NCBI RefSeq assembly: GCF_044454545.1
Contig: NZ_JBITDV010000002.1
Span: 723,140-755,139, forward strand
DNA length: 32,000 nt
Origin: Cryptosporangium sp. NPDC051539
GTDB lineage: Bacteria; Actinomycetota; Actinomycetes; Mycobacteriales; Cryptosporangiaceae
Reading direction: 5' to 3'
Position numbers and translations under genes: made by a program. Numbering within the stretch: the stretch's first letter is position 1; each line of letters opens with the position of its first letter. The notes under the pieces are model-generated. The model was not told the DNA's origin, ran no database searches, and saw nothing but the letters and a program-made list of their open reading frames with translations. Below, one piece after another: positions 16,928-24,366 of the stretch.

Positions 16928-17542
16928 CTAGCCCCGCAAGTAGCGGGTGATCATGGCGACCAATTCGTTCTCCACCGCCTCGATCGAGAGGTTCCGCGGA
17001 TCGGCCATCAGTTTGTGGACGTTCAGCTCCACCGTGGTCAGGATCAGCTCGGCGGCGGTGTCGAGGTCGCGCACGCCGACGTCCGGATGCCGGGCGAGCA
17101 GGTCGCGCAGCTGAGCGACGCGTAGCTTTCCGTGCCGGTCGATCGTGTCGAGCAGCTCCTTCGAGAGCGGCGCCTCCTCGATCATGATCCGCAGCAGCTG
17201 GGGATCGTCCTGGTGGTTGTCGATCGCGTCGCGGATCAACGCCCGGGCCGTCGGTTCCAGGCTGCCGGGCGACAGGTCGAGCTGCGCGGCGCCCCGCCAC
17301 GCGCCGCGGTCGATGTGCCGGATGAGCAGCTCCGCGAGCACCGCGTCCTTGTTCGGGAAGTACTGGTACAGCGAGCCGATCGAGATGCGGGCCCGCTCGG
17401 CGATGCGGTTGGTGGTGCCGGCGGCGTAGCCGTGCTCGACGAAAACGTGAGCAGCGGCGGCCAGGATCCGCTCGCGGGTGAGCTCCGCGCGCACCTGCTG
17501 AGGCCTGCGACGTGGCTGAAGTCGACGGTCGGCCGACGGCAT
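16928..17542 (-). CDS. TetR/AcrR family transcriptional regulator
   Basis: HTH region RILAAAAHVFVEHGYAAGTTNRIAERARISIGSLYQYFPNKDAV. ATG 17542 is preceded by GGGAGGA. The 98-codon upstream extension in the ORF track is low-complexity and is rejected. Confidence 0.88.
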   Translation of the reverse strand: MPSADRRLQPRRRPQQVRAELTRERILAAAAHVFVEHGYAAGTTNRIAERARISIGSLYQYFPNKDAVLAELLIRHIDRGAWRGAAQLDLSPGSLEPTARALIRDAIDNHQDDPQLLRIMIEEAPLSKELLDTIDRHGKLRVAQLRDLLARHPDVGVRDLDTAAELILTTVELNVHKLMADPRNLSIEAVENELVAMITRYLRG

Positions 17543-17578
17543 CCTGTTCCTCCCCGGGGGCGTCAAAAGCGAGTAGTC

Positions 17579-17612
17579 GAGAGCTGAGCTATCGTTCACA
17601 ATAGTGCTGTGA
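17579..17612. promoter_or_regulatory. Candidate TetR operator region with two imperfect palindromes in the divergent intergenic region
   Basis: GAgAGCTgAGCTaTC (17579-17593) is a 15-bp palindrome with 2 arm mismatches. TTCACA-N7-TGTGA (17595-17612) has a right arm that overlaps GTG 17609 of the divergent gene. The region is relatively AT-rich. Confidence 0.3.
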
Positions 17613-19747
17613 GCAGCGATAACAAGATATTTTCCCGACTGACGACAGTGGACGAGGTCGAAGCGGTCGTCGGTCGTCCGCTGCCGGTGATCACGCTCAA
17701 GCAGATCAGCGCGCTCGATGAGGGGTGCCGCACGGTCCTCGCCCGGTGCCCGGTCGCCGCGTTCGGCCACCGGGACGCCGGCGGCACCAGCCGGACCACG
17801 TTCGTCGGCGGCCGGCCGGGCTTCGCCCGCGTCCACTCACCGACGCGGATCTCGTTCCCGTGGCCCGGGCCCGGTGAGCCGCACGGCGGCGTCTCGCTGT
17901 TCTTCCTTCTGCCGGGCGTCGGAGAGGTACTGCGGATCAACGGCGTGGCGGCCGGCCGCGACCGCGGTGAGACGACCGTCGACGTCGTGGAGGCGTACGT
18001 GCACTGCGCCCAGGCGATTCTCCGGTCCCGCCTGTGGCAGCCGCCCGCCCCGGCCGGGCCGGGCGCGGACGTCCCCGGCGACGGCCCGCTGCGCGCTCCC
18101 GGGGTAGCCGATTTCCTCGCCTCCGCGCCGTTCCTCGCACTGTCGACCTGGGACGCGTCCGGCGGGAGCGACACGAGCCCGCGCGGCGACCGGCAGACCG
18201 TGGCACGGATCCTGGACGGCCGCACGCTCGTCCTGCCGGACCGCAAGGGCAACAAGCGCGCCGACACGCTCCACAACCTGCTGCGGGACGACCGGCTGTC
18301 GTTCGCCGCGCTCGTCCCCGGGCGCAGCGGTGTCCTGCACGTCCGCGGACGCGGCGCGATCACCGTCGATCCGGCGCTGCTGGACGCGATGGCACTGCAC
18401 GGGAAGCCCCCGCACGCGGCCCTGCTCATCGACGTCGAGCACGCCGAGGTGGCGGCCAACGACGCGGTGGCGCGCTCGCGGCTGTGGACGCCCGGCGCGC
18501 ACGTCGCGCGCGGCGCGGTGCCCGACCTGATGGCGCTGGGCGGCGAGCATCTCGCGGCCACGCTGGCCGAGACCAGGGGCGGCCCGTCCGCGTTCCTGCT
18601 CCGGGTCGTCGGGTCGATCCCCGGCCTGACCCGGTTGCTGCGGCTGGCGATGAACAGCGCCTACCGCTCCGGGCTGCACAAAGAGGGCTACGACGACGTC
18701 CGGACCGGCCGGCCGCGTGCGACCGGCGCGGCCACCGAACAGCACGCGGCCCGGGAGGTGCGTATCGCCGAGATCCGGCGGGAGACTCCCAGCACGGTCA
18801 CGCTCGTCCTCGAGGACGCGGACCCGTTCGACTTCCGGCCCGGCCAGTTCTTCACGCTCGTGGCCGACATCGACGGCCGCCCGGTGCGACGGGCCTACTC
18901 GGCCGCGTCCGGGCCCGGGTCGTCCCGGCTGGAGCTCACGGTCAAGCACGTCGAGGGCGGCCGGTTCTCCGGGCACGTCCACCGGAACCTCCGCGTGGGC
19001 GACCGGCTCGGGGTGCGCGGCCCGTCCGGGTCGTTCCACACCGGAGACCGGGCTCCGGACGAGCTCGTGCTGATCGCCGCGGGCAGCGGCGTCACGCCGA
19101 TGATGAGCATGATCCGCGCGGCGCTGTCCGCCTCGCCGGACGCGGGCCGGATCGCGCTGCTCTACAGCAGCCGCAGCGCAGAGGAGATCATCTTCGGCGG
19201 CGAGCTGACCCACCTGGCGGCGAACCACCCCGGCCGCCTGTCGGTGACCCACGTCCTCACCGGCGCCGAGGGCCGGCTCACCGCGGACGGCGTCCGCCGG
19301 TGGGTCACCGGCCTGTCCCCGTCCGCCGACGCCCACTACTACGTCTGCGGTCCCGACGGTCTGGGCGACGCCGTGCGCGGCGTCCTGAACGGGCTGGACG
19401 TCCCGGGCGAGCGGGTGCACAGCGAGCGTTACACCAGCGGGGCGGGCGCGACGGCCGCGACCACCGTGCCGCAGACGATGATCGTCGAGGACCACGGGCA
19501 GCCGGTCGGCACGGTGATCGTCGAACCGGGTCAGACGCTGCTCGACGCCGGCCTCGCGGCGGGACTGGACCTGCCGTTCTCCTGCACGGTCGGGAACTGC
19601 GGCGACTGCCTGGTGCGGCTGCGCAGCGGAACCGTCGCCCAGCACGAGCCGAACTGCCGCACCCCCCGGCAGCAGGCCGACGGCTACGTGCTGACCTGCG
19701 TGGGCTCCCCGCTGTCCGACGTCACGCTCGACGTCGGCGAGCCCTGA
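17609..19747 (+). CDS. Multidomain flavoprotein oxidoreductase with two PNPOx-like FMN-binding split-barrel domains, an FNR-type FAD/NAD(P)H reductase and a C-terminal plant-type 2Fe-2S ferredoxin
   Basis: Residues ~10-140 and ~170-300 resemble pyridoxamine-5'-phosphate-oxidase-family domains. RRAYSAAS (RxYS FAD motif), LIAAGSGVTPMMSM (NAD-binding) and CTVGNCGDCLVRL (2Fe-2S Cys cluster) follow. The start is uncertain (GTG 17609 or in-frame GTG 17648). Confidence 0.8.
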   Translation: MSSDNKIFSRLTTVDEVEAVVGRPLPVITLKQISALDEGCRTVLARCPVAAFGHRDAGGTSRTTFVGGRPGFARVHSPTRISFPWPGPGEPHGGVSLFFLLPGVGEVLRINGVAAGRDRGETTVDVVEAYVHCAQAILRSRLWQPPAPAGPGADVPGDGPLRAPGVADFLASAPFLALSTWDASGGSDTSPRGDRQTVARILDGRTLVLPDRKGNKRADTLHNLLRDDRLSFAALVPGRSGVLHVRGRGAITVDPALLDAMALHGKPPHAALLIDVEHAEVAANDAVARSRLWTPGAHVARGAVPDLMALGGEHLAATLAETRGGPSAFLLRVVGSIPGLTRLLRLAMNSAYRSGLHKEGYDDVRTGRPRATGAATEQHAAREVRIAEIRRETPSTVTLVLEDADPFDFRPGQFFTLVADIDGRPVRRAYSAASGPGSSRLELTVKHVEGGRFSGHVHRNLRVGDRLGVRGPSGSFHTGDRAPDELVLIAAGSGVTPMMSMIRAALSASPDAGRIALLYSSRSAEEIIFGGELTHLAANHPGRLSVTHVLTGAEGRLTADGVRRWVTGLSPSADAHYYVCGPDGLGDAVRGVLNGLDVPGERVHSERYTSGAGATAATTVPQTMIVEDHGQPVGTVIVEPGQTLLDAGLAAGLDLPFSCTVGNCGDCLVRLRSGTVAQHEPNCRTPRQQADGYVLTCVGSPLSDVTLDVGEP

Positions 19748-20784
19748 GCCGGGAAACAGACGCTGATCCGCAGGCCCCCGTCCGGCCGCGGCTGAGCGAG
19801 CAACCGGGCCTGCTGCGCCCGGGCGATCGCCGCGACGATGGCCAGGCCGAGCCCGTGCCCGGCGGTCTGGTCGGTGCGATCGGTGCCGAGCCGCTGGAAC
19901 GGCTGGAACAGCCGGTCGATCTCCTCGGCCGGCACCGGGGCACCGGTGTTGCTCACGGTCAGGCACCCGCCGGGCGAGACCGCGATCTCGACGCTCCCGC
20001 CCGGGACGTTGTGACGCACCGCGTTGTCGAGCAGGTTCGTGACGAGGCTGGCGGTCAGGCGGTCGTCGCCGGTCACCGGCGCCGGGGCGAGCGCGGTGTG
20101 GACCCGGATGCTTCCGGTGTCGCGTCCGGAGATCGCCTTCCGGGTGACGTCGGCCAGATCGAACGGACGCCGGTGCTCGATGCCCTGCTGTCCTCCGGCG
20201 AGCGTGAGCAGCGCGTCCAGCAGCTGTTCCTGCTGTCGGCCGAGGGCCAGCACTTCCTCGCAGGTGGACCGGAGCGCGCCGGCGGACGCGTCCGGGTCGG
20301 CCAGCGTGAGCTGGAGGAGGGTCCGCTGAACGGTCAGCGGGGTGCGGAGCTCGTGCGAGGCGTTGGCGACGAACTGCCGCTGCGCGGTGAACGCGTCGTC
20401 GAGCCGGCGCAGCAGGCCGTCGAACGTCGCCGCGAGTTCGCTGAACTCGCGGTAGCCGGCCGGGATCCGTACGCGGTGGTGGAGGTCGCTCGCGGACATC
20501 GTGCGCGCGGCGGCGGTGAGCGCCCGCAGGGGGCGCAGCGCCCGCCCGGCGAGCATCCGGCCGACCGCGAGCGAGACCGCGGCCAGCACGACCAGCGCGA
20601 CGGCGGAGTACCGCAGCACGTCGGCGAGGTTGTCGCCGGTGCCGGCCCGCGCCGGTTCGCCCGGGCCCGGCACGGTGTGGCCGCCGACGTAGAGCGGCAG
20701 GTCGGCCAGGACCAGCAACAGCACACCGCCGGCGAACGTGAACCCGGCGTGGACGAGCGCGAGCCGGGTCCGCAGGCTTCTCAC
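19684..20784 (-). CDS. Sensor histidine kinase, VanS/CutS-like paralogue with a short extracytoplasmic loop
   Basis: Two TM segments separated by ~26 aa, a HAMP domain, an H-box SHELRTPL, and N/G boxes (LLDNAVRHN, GHGLGLAIV). GTG 20784 forms a GTGA overlap with the response-regulator stop. The 3' end overlaps the convergent flavoprotein gene by 64 nt. Confidence 0.85.
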   Translation of the reverse strand: MRSLRTRLALVHAGFTFAGGVLLLVLADLPLYVGGHTVPGPGEPARAGTGDNLADVLRYSAVALVVLAAVSLAVGRMLAGRALRPLRALTAAARTMSASDLHHRVRIPAGYREFSELAATFDGLLRRLDDAFTAQRQFVANASHELRTPLTVQRTLLQLTLADPDASAGALRSTCEEVLALGRQQEQLLDALLTLAGGQQGIEHRRPFDLADVTRKAISGRDTGSIRVHTALAPAPVTGDDRLTASLVTNLLDNAVRHNVPGGSVEIAVSPGGCLTVSNTGAPVPAEEIDRLFQPFQRLGTDRTDQTAGHGLGLAIVAAIARAQQARLLAQPRPDGGLRISVCFPAQGSPTSSVTSDSGEPTQVST

Positions 20785-21443
20785 GACCCACCGATCCGGT
20801 AACCGCCCTCGCGCACGGTGTGGATGGCCGGTGGCCGCCCGAGCTTCGCGCGCAGCCGTCCGATCGTGGTCTTCACCGTGGTCGTGAACGGGTCGGCGGC
20901 CTCGTCCCAGACCCGTTCGAGCAGTTCCTCGGCCGGCACCACCCGGCCCCCGGCGGCCAGCAGGTACTCCAGGACCGCGAATTCCTTCGGGCTGAGGTCG
21001 AGCCGCCGTCCGGCGCGCGAGGCCACCCGCCGGCCGGGGTCGAGCGACAGGTCGCCGTCGTCCAGCACCGGTGGCAGCGCGGACGCGGTGCGGCGCCCGA
21101 GAGCCCGGACCCGGGCCACCAGCTCGGCGAAGTCGAACGGCTTGGGCAGGTAGTCGTCGGCGCCGAGACCGAGGCCCTCGACGCGGTCGCGGACCTTGGC
21201 CGCCGCAGTCAGCATCAGGACCCGGGCGGCCGATCCGCCGGCCACGATCCGCCGGCACACCTCGTCGCCGTGCATCCCGGGCAGGTCACGGTCGAGGACG
21301 ACGACGTCGTAGCGGGTATCGGCCAGCCGTTCGAGCGCGGCCGTCCCGTCGAGCGCGGCGTCCACCGCCATCGCCTCCCGGCGCAGACCGGCCGTGATCA
21401 GCGTGTTCAACCTGCGGTGATCCTCCACCACCAGCACCCTCAT
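20781..21443 (-). CDS. OmpR-family response regulator
   Basis: MRVLVVEDHRRL...VVVLDRDLPGMHGDEV...DDYLPKPFDFAELVARV receiver domain plus a winged-helix C-terminus (220 aa). ATG at 21443. The longer ORF-track extension runs antisense to the ABC gene and is rejected. Confidence 0.9.
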   Translation of the reverse strand: MRVLVVEDHRRLNTLITAGLRREAMAVDAALDGTAALERLADTRYDVVVLDRDLPGMHGDEVCRRIVAGGSAARVLMLTAAAKVRDRVEGLGLGADDYLPKPFDFAELVARVRALGRRTASALPPVLDDGDLSLDPGRRVASRAGRRLDLSPKEFAVLEYLLAAGGRVVPAEELLERVWDEAADPFTTTVKTTIGRLRAKLGRPPAIHTVREGGYRIGGS

Positions 21444-21456
21444 GGGTCCACGATGC

Positions 21457-21506
21457 CAGCCGGGTGGTGACAGCCGGGTCTCAACGCCGCGCACCGGGCT
21501 GTCACC
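21457..21506. promoter_or_regulatory. Triple repeat CAGCC(G/C)GGT (two direct copies, one inverted) forming a 13-bp-arm inverted repeat in the divergent RR/ABC promoter region
   Basis: CAGCCGGGT occurs at 21457-21465 and 21471-21479. GGTGACAGCCGGG (21466-21478) pairs with CCGGGCTGTCACC (21494-21506), 12 of 13 positions complementary, with a 15-nt spacer. Confidence 0.45.
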
Positions 21507-21530
21507 GGCGTCCCGGTAGAACTCCGGGCC

Positions 21531-22433
21531 ATGATCGAAGTCGAAGCACTGCGGAAGCGGTACGGGGCCACGACGGCGCTGGACGGGATGACGTTCACGG
21601 CCGCTCCCGGCCGGGTCACCGGGTTCGTCGGGCCGAACGGGGCCGGGAAGTCCACCACGATGCGGATCGTCCTCGGCCTGCACACCGCCGACGCCGGGGT
21701 CGCGCTCGTCGGTGGCCGGCCCTACCGGTCGCTGACCCGGCCACTGCGGCACCTCGGCGCACTCCTGGACGCGTCCGCGCTGCACCCGGCCCGGTCCGGA
21801 CGCGACCACCTGCGGTGGCTGGCGCACTCGCAGGGCCTGCGCAGCGCCCGGGTCGACGAGGTCGTGACGCTGGTGGGCCTGGGACCGGCCGCGCGCAGGC
21901 GGGCCGGCGGGTACTCGCTGGGCATGCGGCAGCGCCTCGGCATCGCGGCCGCGCTGCTGGGCGATCCGCCGGCGATCATGCTCGACGAGCCGTTCAACGG
22001 GATGGATCCCGACGGCATCATCTGGATGCGCGGTTTCCTGCGTTCGCTGGCCGCGCAGGGGCGGGCCGTGCTGGTGTCGAGCCACCTGATGACCGAACTG
22101 CAGGGCACGGCCGATCACGTGGTCGTCGTCGGCCGGGGCCGGGTTCTCGCGGACGGCAGTGTGGCCGGCCTGATCGCGACCGCGTCCGGAGACCGGGTAC
22201 GGGTGCGGACCAGCGCGCCGGAACCGGCGGCCGCGGCGCTCACCGCCGCGGGGGCGCAGGTGTCGGGCGAGGACGTGCTCTCCGTGCGGGGCCTCGCCGC
22301 CGAACGGGTCGCCGAGGTGCTCACCGCGAATCGGCTGCCGTTCTCCGAACTCGCGCCGCACCGGGCCACGCTCGAGGAGGTGTACCTGGAGCTGACCCGG
22401 GACGCCGTGGAGTACGGCGCGGTGGCGCCGTGA
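21531..22433 (+). CDS. ABC transporter ATP-binding protein (ABC-2/DrrA-BcrA-like exporter ATPase)
   Basis: Walker A GPNGAGKST, signature YSLGMRQRLGIA, Walker B IMLDEPFNGMD, H-loop SSH. Confidence 0.9.
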   Translation: MIEVEALRKRYGATTALDGMTFTAAPGRVTGFVGPNGAGKSTTMRIVLGLHTADAGVALVGGRPYRSLTRPLRHLGALLDASALHPARSGRDHLRWLAHSQGLRSARVDEVVTLVGLGPAARRRAGGYSLGMRQRLGIAAALLGDPPAIMLDEPFNGMDPDGIIWMRGFLRSLAAQGRAVLVSSHLMTELQGTADHVVVVGRGRVLADGSVAGLIATASGDRVRVRTSAPEPAAAALTAAGAQVSGEDVLSVRGLAAERVAEVLTANRLPFSELAPHRATLEEVYLELTRDAVEYGAVAP

Positions 22434-23809
22434 TCCTGCGGTCGGAGTGGACCAAGTTCCGGTCGGTCCGGGGATGGGTGATCGGCACCGCGGTCGCGGC
22501 GCTGCTGATCCTGGTGTTCCCGGTGACCGGGCTCGGCGGCGCCGGGTCGGAGAAGCCGCGGCCGATCCCGCTCGGGCCGGGCGGGGAACCGGTCGTCGAC
22601 GCGTACTACTTCGTGCCTCGCCCGCTGGCCGGCGACGGGCGGATCACGGTGGAGGTGACCGCACTCGAGAGCCGCGCGCCGTGGGCGAAGGCCGGTCTGC
22701 TCGTCCGCGCGGGGACGCGGTACGCCGCGATTCTGCGCACCGCCGGGCACGGCGTGCGGATGCAGTACGACTACACCGGCGACGTCGCCGGACCCGACCC
22801 GGCGGCCCGGTGGCTGCGGCTCACCCGGTCCGGCGACACGGTCATCGGGGAGGCGTCGGCCGACGGCACCCACTGGGATCGGGTCGGTGCGGTGCGACTG
22901 CCCGGCCCGCTGCGGGCCGGGCTGTTCGTGGCCTGCCCGCAGCACGTCCACGGTGTGGGGACGGAGCCGGACGCGGCCACCGCGACGTTCGCCGGTGCCG
23001 GATCCGGGCCCTGGACCGGTGGGCAGCACGGAGCAGGCACGGCCACGTTCGCCGGGTACCCGCTCGGTGTCTCGGGCGGCTTCAGCGCCTCGGCCGGCCG
23101 GGTCACGGTGACCGGCGCCGGAGACCTCGCCCCGGCCACCCGTACGGACGTCGTCCCGGCGGCGTCGATAAACGATCTGCTCTTCGGGACGCTGCCCGCG
23201 CTGATCGTGGTCGTGGTCATCGCGACGCTGATGGCCACGACCGAGTACCGGTACGGGCTGATCCGCAGCACGCTGAGCGCGACCACGCGGCGCGGGCGGG
23301 TGTTGCTGGCCCGGGCCGCCGTGGCCGGTGGAGTCACGTTCGTGGCCGGTCTGGTGGGCGCGGCGCTCGCGGTGGCCATCTGGCCCGGCCTGGTGCGTGG
23401 CCTCGGCGTCTTCCTCTTCCCGGCGTCGTCGGGCGCCGTCGTGCGGGTCGCGGCCGGGACGGCCGCCGTGCTCGCGCTCGCGGCCGTCTTCGCGCTCGGC
23501 GTCGGGACGCTGCTGCGACGCTCTGCCGCCGCGGTGACGACGGTCGTGACGCTGACCGTGCTGCCGTACCTGCTGGCGCTGGTGCCGTTCACGCCGTTGC
23601 CGATGGCCGAGTGGCTGACCAGGGTCACGCCGGCCGCCGCGCTGGCCGTGCAGCAGACCGTCGTCCGGTCTCCGCAGGTCGACGGGCTCTACAACCCGGC
23701 CAACGGCTACTACCCGCTGTCGCCGTGGGCGGGTCTGGCCGTGCTGGGCGGCTACGCCGGGCTCGCGCTCGCGCTGGCCGCCGTCGCGCAGCGCCGGAGG
23801 GACGTGTGA
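22430..23809 (+). CDS. ABC-2 family permease with a ~200-aa ConA/LamG-like (DUF1349-type) domain inserted in the first extracytoplasmic loop
   Basis: N-terminal SEWTKFRS motif and TM1. Residues ~40-245 are non-membrane (WAKAGLLVRAG...WLRLTRSGDTVIGEASADGTHWDRVGAV...LRAGLFVA, a beta-sandwich lectin/glucanase-fold pattern). Then come TTEYRYGLIRSTLSATTRR and five further hydrophobic segments. GTGA overlap at 22430. Confidence 0.75.
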   Translation: MILRSEWTKFRSVRGWVIGTAVAALLILVFPVTGLGGAGSEKPRPIPLGPGGEPVVDAYYFVPRPLAGDGRITVEVTALESRAPWAKAGLLVRAGTRYAAILRTAGHGVRMQYDYTGDVAGPDPAARWLRLTRSGDTVIGEASADGTHWDRVGAVRLPGPLRAGLFVACPQHVHGVGTEPDAATATFAGAGSGPWTGGQHGAGTATFAGYPLGVSGGFSASAGRVTVTGAGDLAPATRTDVVPAASINDLLFGTLPALIVVVVIATLMATTEYRYGLIRSTLSATTRRGRVLLARAAVAGGVTFVAGLVGAALAVAIWPGLVRGLGVFLFPASSGAVVRVAAGTAAVLALAAVFALGVGTLLRRSAAAVTTVVTLTVLPYLLALVPFTPLPMAEWLTRVTPAAALAVQQTVVRSPQVDGLYNPANGYYPLSPWAGLAVLGGYAGLALALAAVAQRRRDV

Positions 23810-24366
23810 GGGACGCCCTGCGCGCGGAGTGGACGAAGCTGTGCACGACGTGGGCGCCGGCGGGGCTGCTCCTGGCCGCGGTGGTCGCCACGGTGGCGCT
23901 GGGCGTCGCCCTCCACGGCACCGAGGGGTTCTACCTGGGACAGGCTCCGATCGCAGTACTCGGCGTGCTGACGGTCAGCGGCGAGTACGGCACGGCGCTG
24001 ATCGGCGTCACGCTGGCGGCCATGCCGGACCGGCGGCTCCCGCTGGCGGCCAAGGCGCTGACGCTCACCGGGCCGGTGGCAGTGGCCGGTCTGGTCGCCC
24101 GCGGTCCGGTCGTCTACCTCGTCCTGATCGCCTGGCTCAGCGTCGGGGTCGCCGCGATCGTCCGCGACTCCGGCGTCGCGATCGGCGTCGTTCTCGGGCT
24201 GCTGTACCTGCCCCCGATCGTCAGCGCGACGGTGGCCGACCCGCACGTCCACCGTCTGATCGACCGGACCGCGCCGATGACGGGCGGCCTCGGCGCACTC
24301 GCCGCCTGGGCCGCCGCGGCCCTGCTCGTCGGCACGCTCGTCCTCGGCCGCCGGGAGGTCTGCTAG
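23806..24366 (+). CDS. Short ABC-2 family permease paralogue (186 aa)
   Basis: AEWTKL motif, SGEYGTALIGVTLAAMPDRR motif and hydrophobic segments. It is ~30 aa shorter in the central region than the upstream permease core and has a minimal first loop. GTG 23806 overlaps the upstream TGA (GTGTGA). Confidence 0.6.
   Translation: MRDALRAEWTKLCTTWAPAGLLLAAVVATVALGVALHGTEGFYLGQAPIAVLGVLTVSGEYGTALIGVTLAAMPDRRLPLAAKALTLTGPVAVAGLVARGPVVYLVLIAWLSVGVAAIVRDSGVAIGVVLGLLYLPPIVSATVADPHVHRLIDRTAPMTGGLGALAAWAAAALLVGTLVLGRREVC

Noticed and set aside
12446-17000. Possibility that vanRS-vanHAX sits on a transposon or integrative element
   Set aside because: I found no transposase, integrase or recombinase gene, and no obvious terminal inverted or direct repeats bracketing the cassette. 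Only local GC dips support foreign origin, so no mobile element is called.
17543-17836. 98-codon N-terminal extension of the TetR ORF
   Set aside because: It would run across the divergent promoter and into the flavoprotein gene. ATG 17542 has a strong GGGAGGA RBS and gives a standard ~204-aa TetR protein.
17837-20802. Giant overlapping ORFs (984 aa on minus, 922 aa on plus) spanning the flavoprotein and histidine-kinase genes
   Set aside because: Both cross the boundary between two convergent, well-supported genes. They translate to Arg/Ala/Pro/Gly-rich low-complexity sequence and carry no domain signatures. They are alternative-frame artefacts.
21444-22361. Upstream extension of the response regulator ORF to 526 aa
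   Set aside because: It runs antisense through the divergent promoter and the ABC ATPase gene. Receiver domains start at MRVLVVEDH (ATG 21443).
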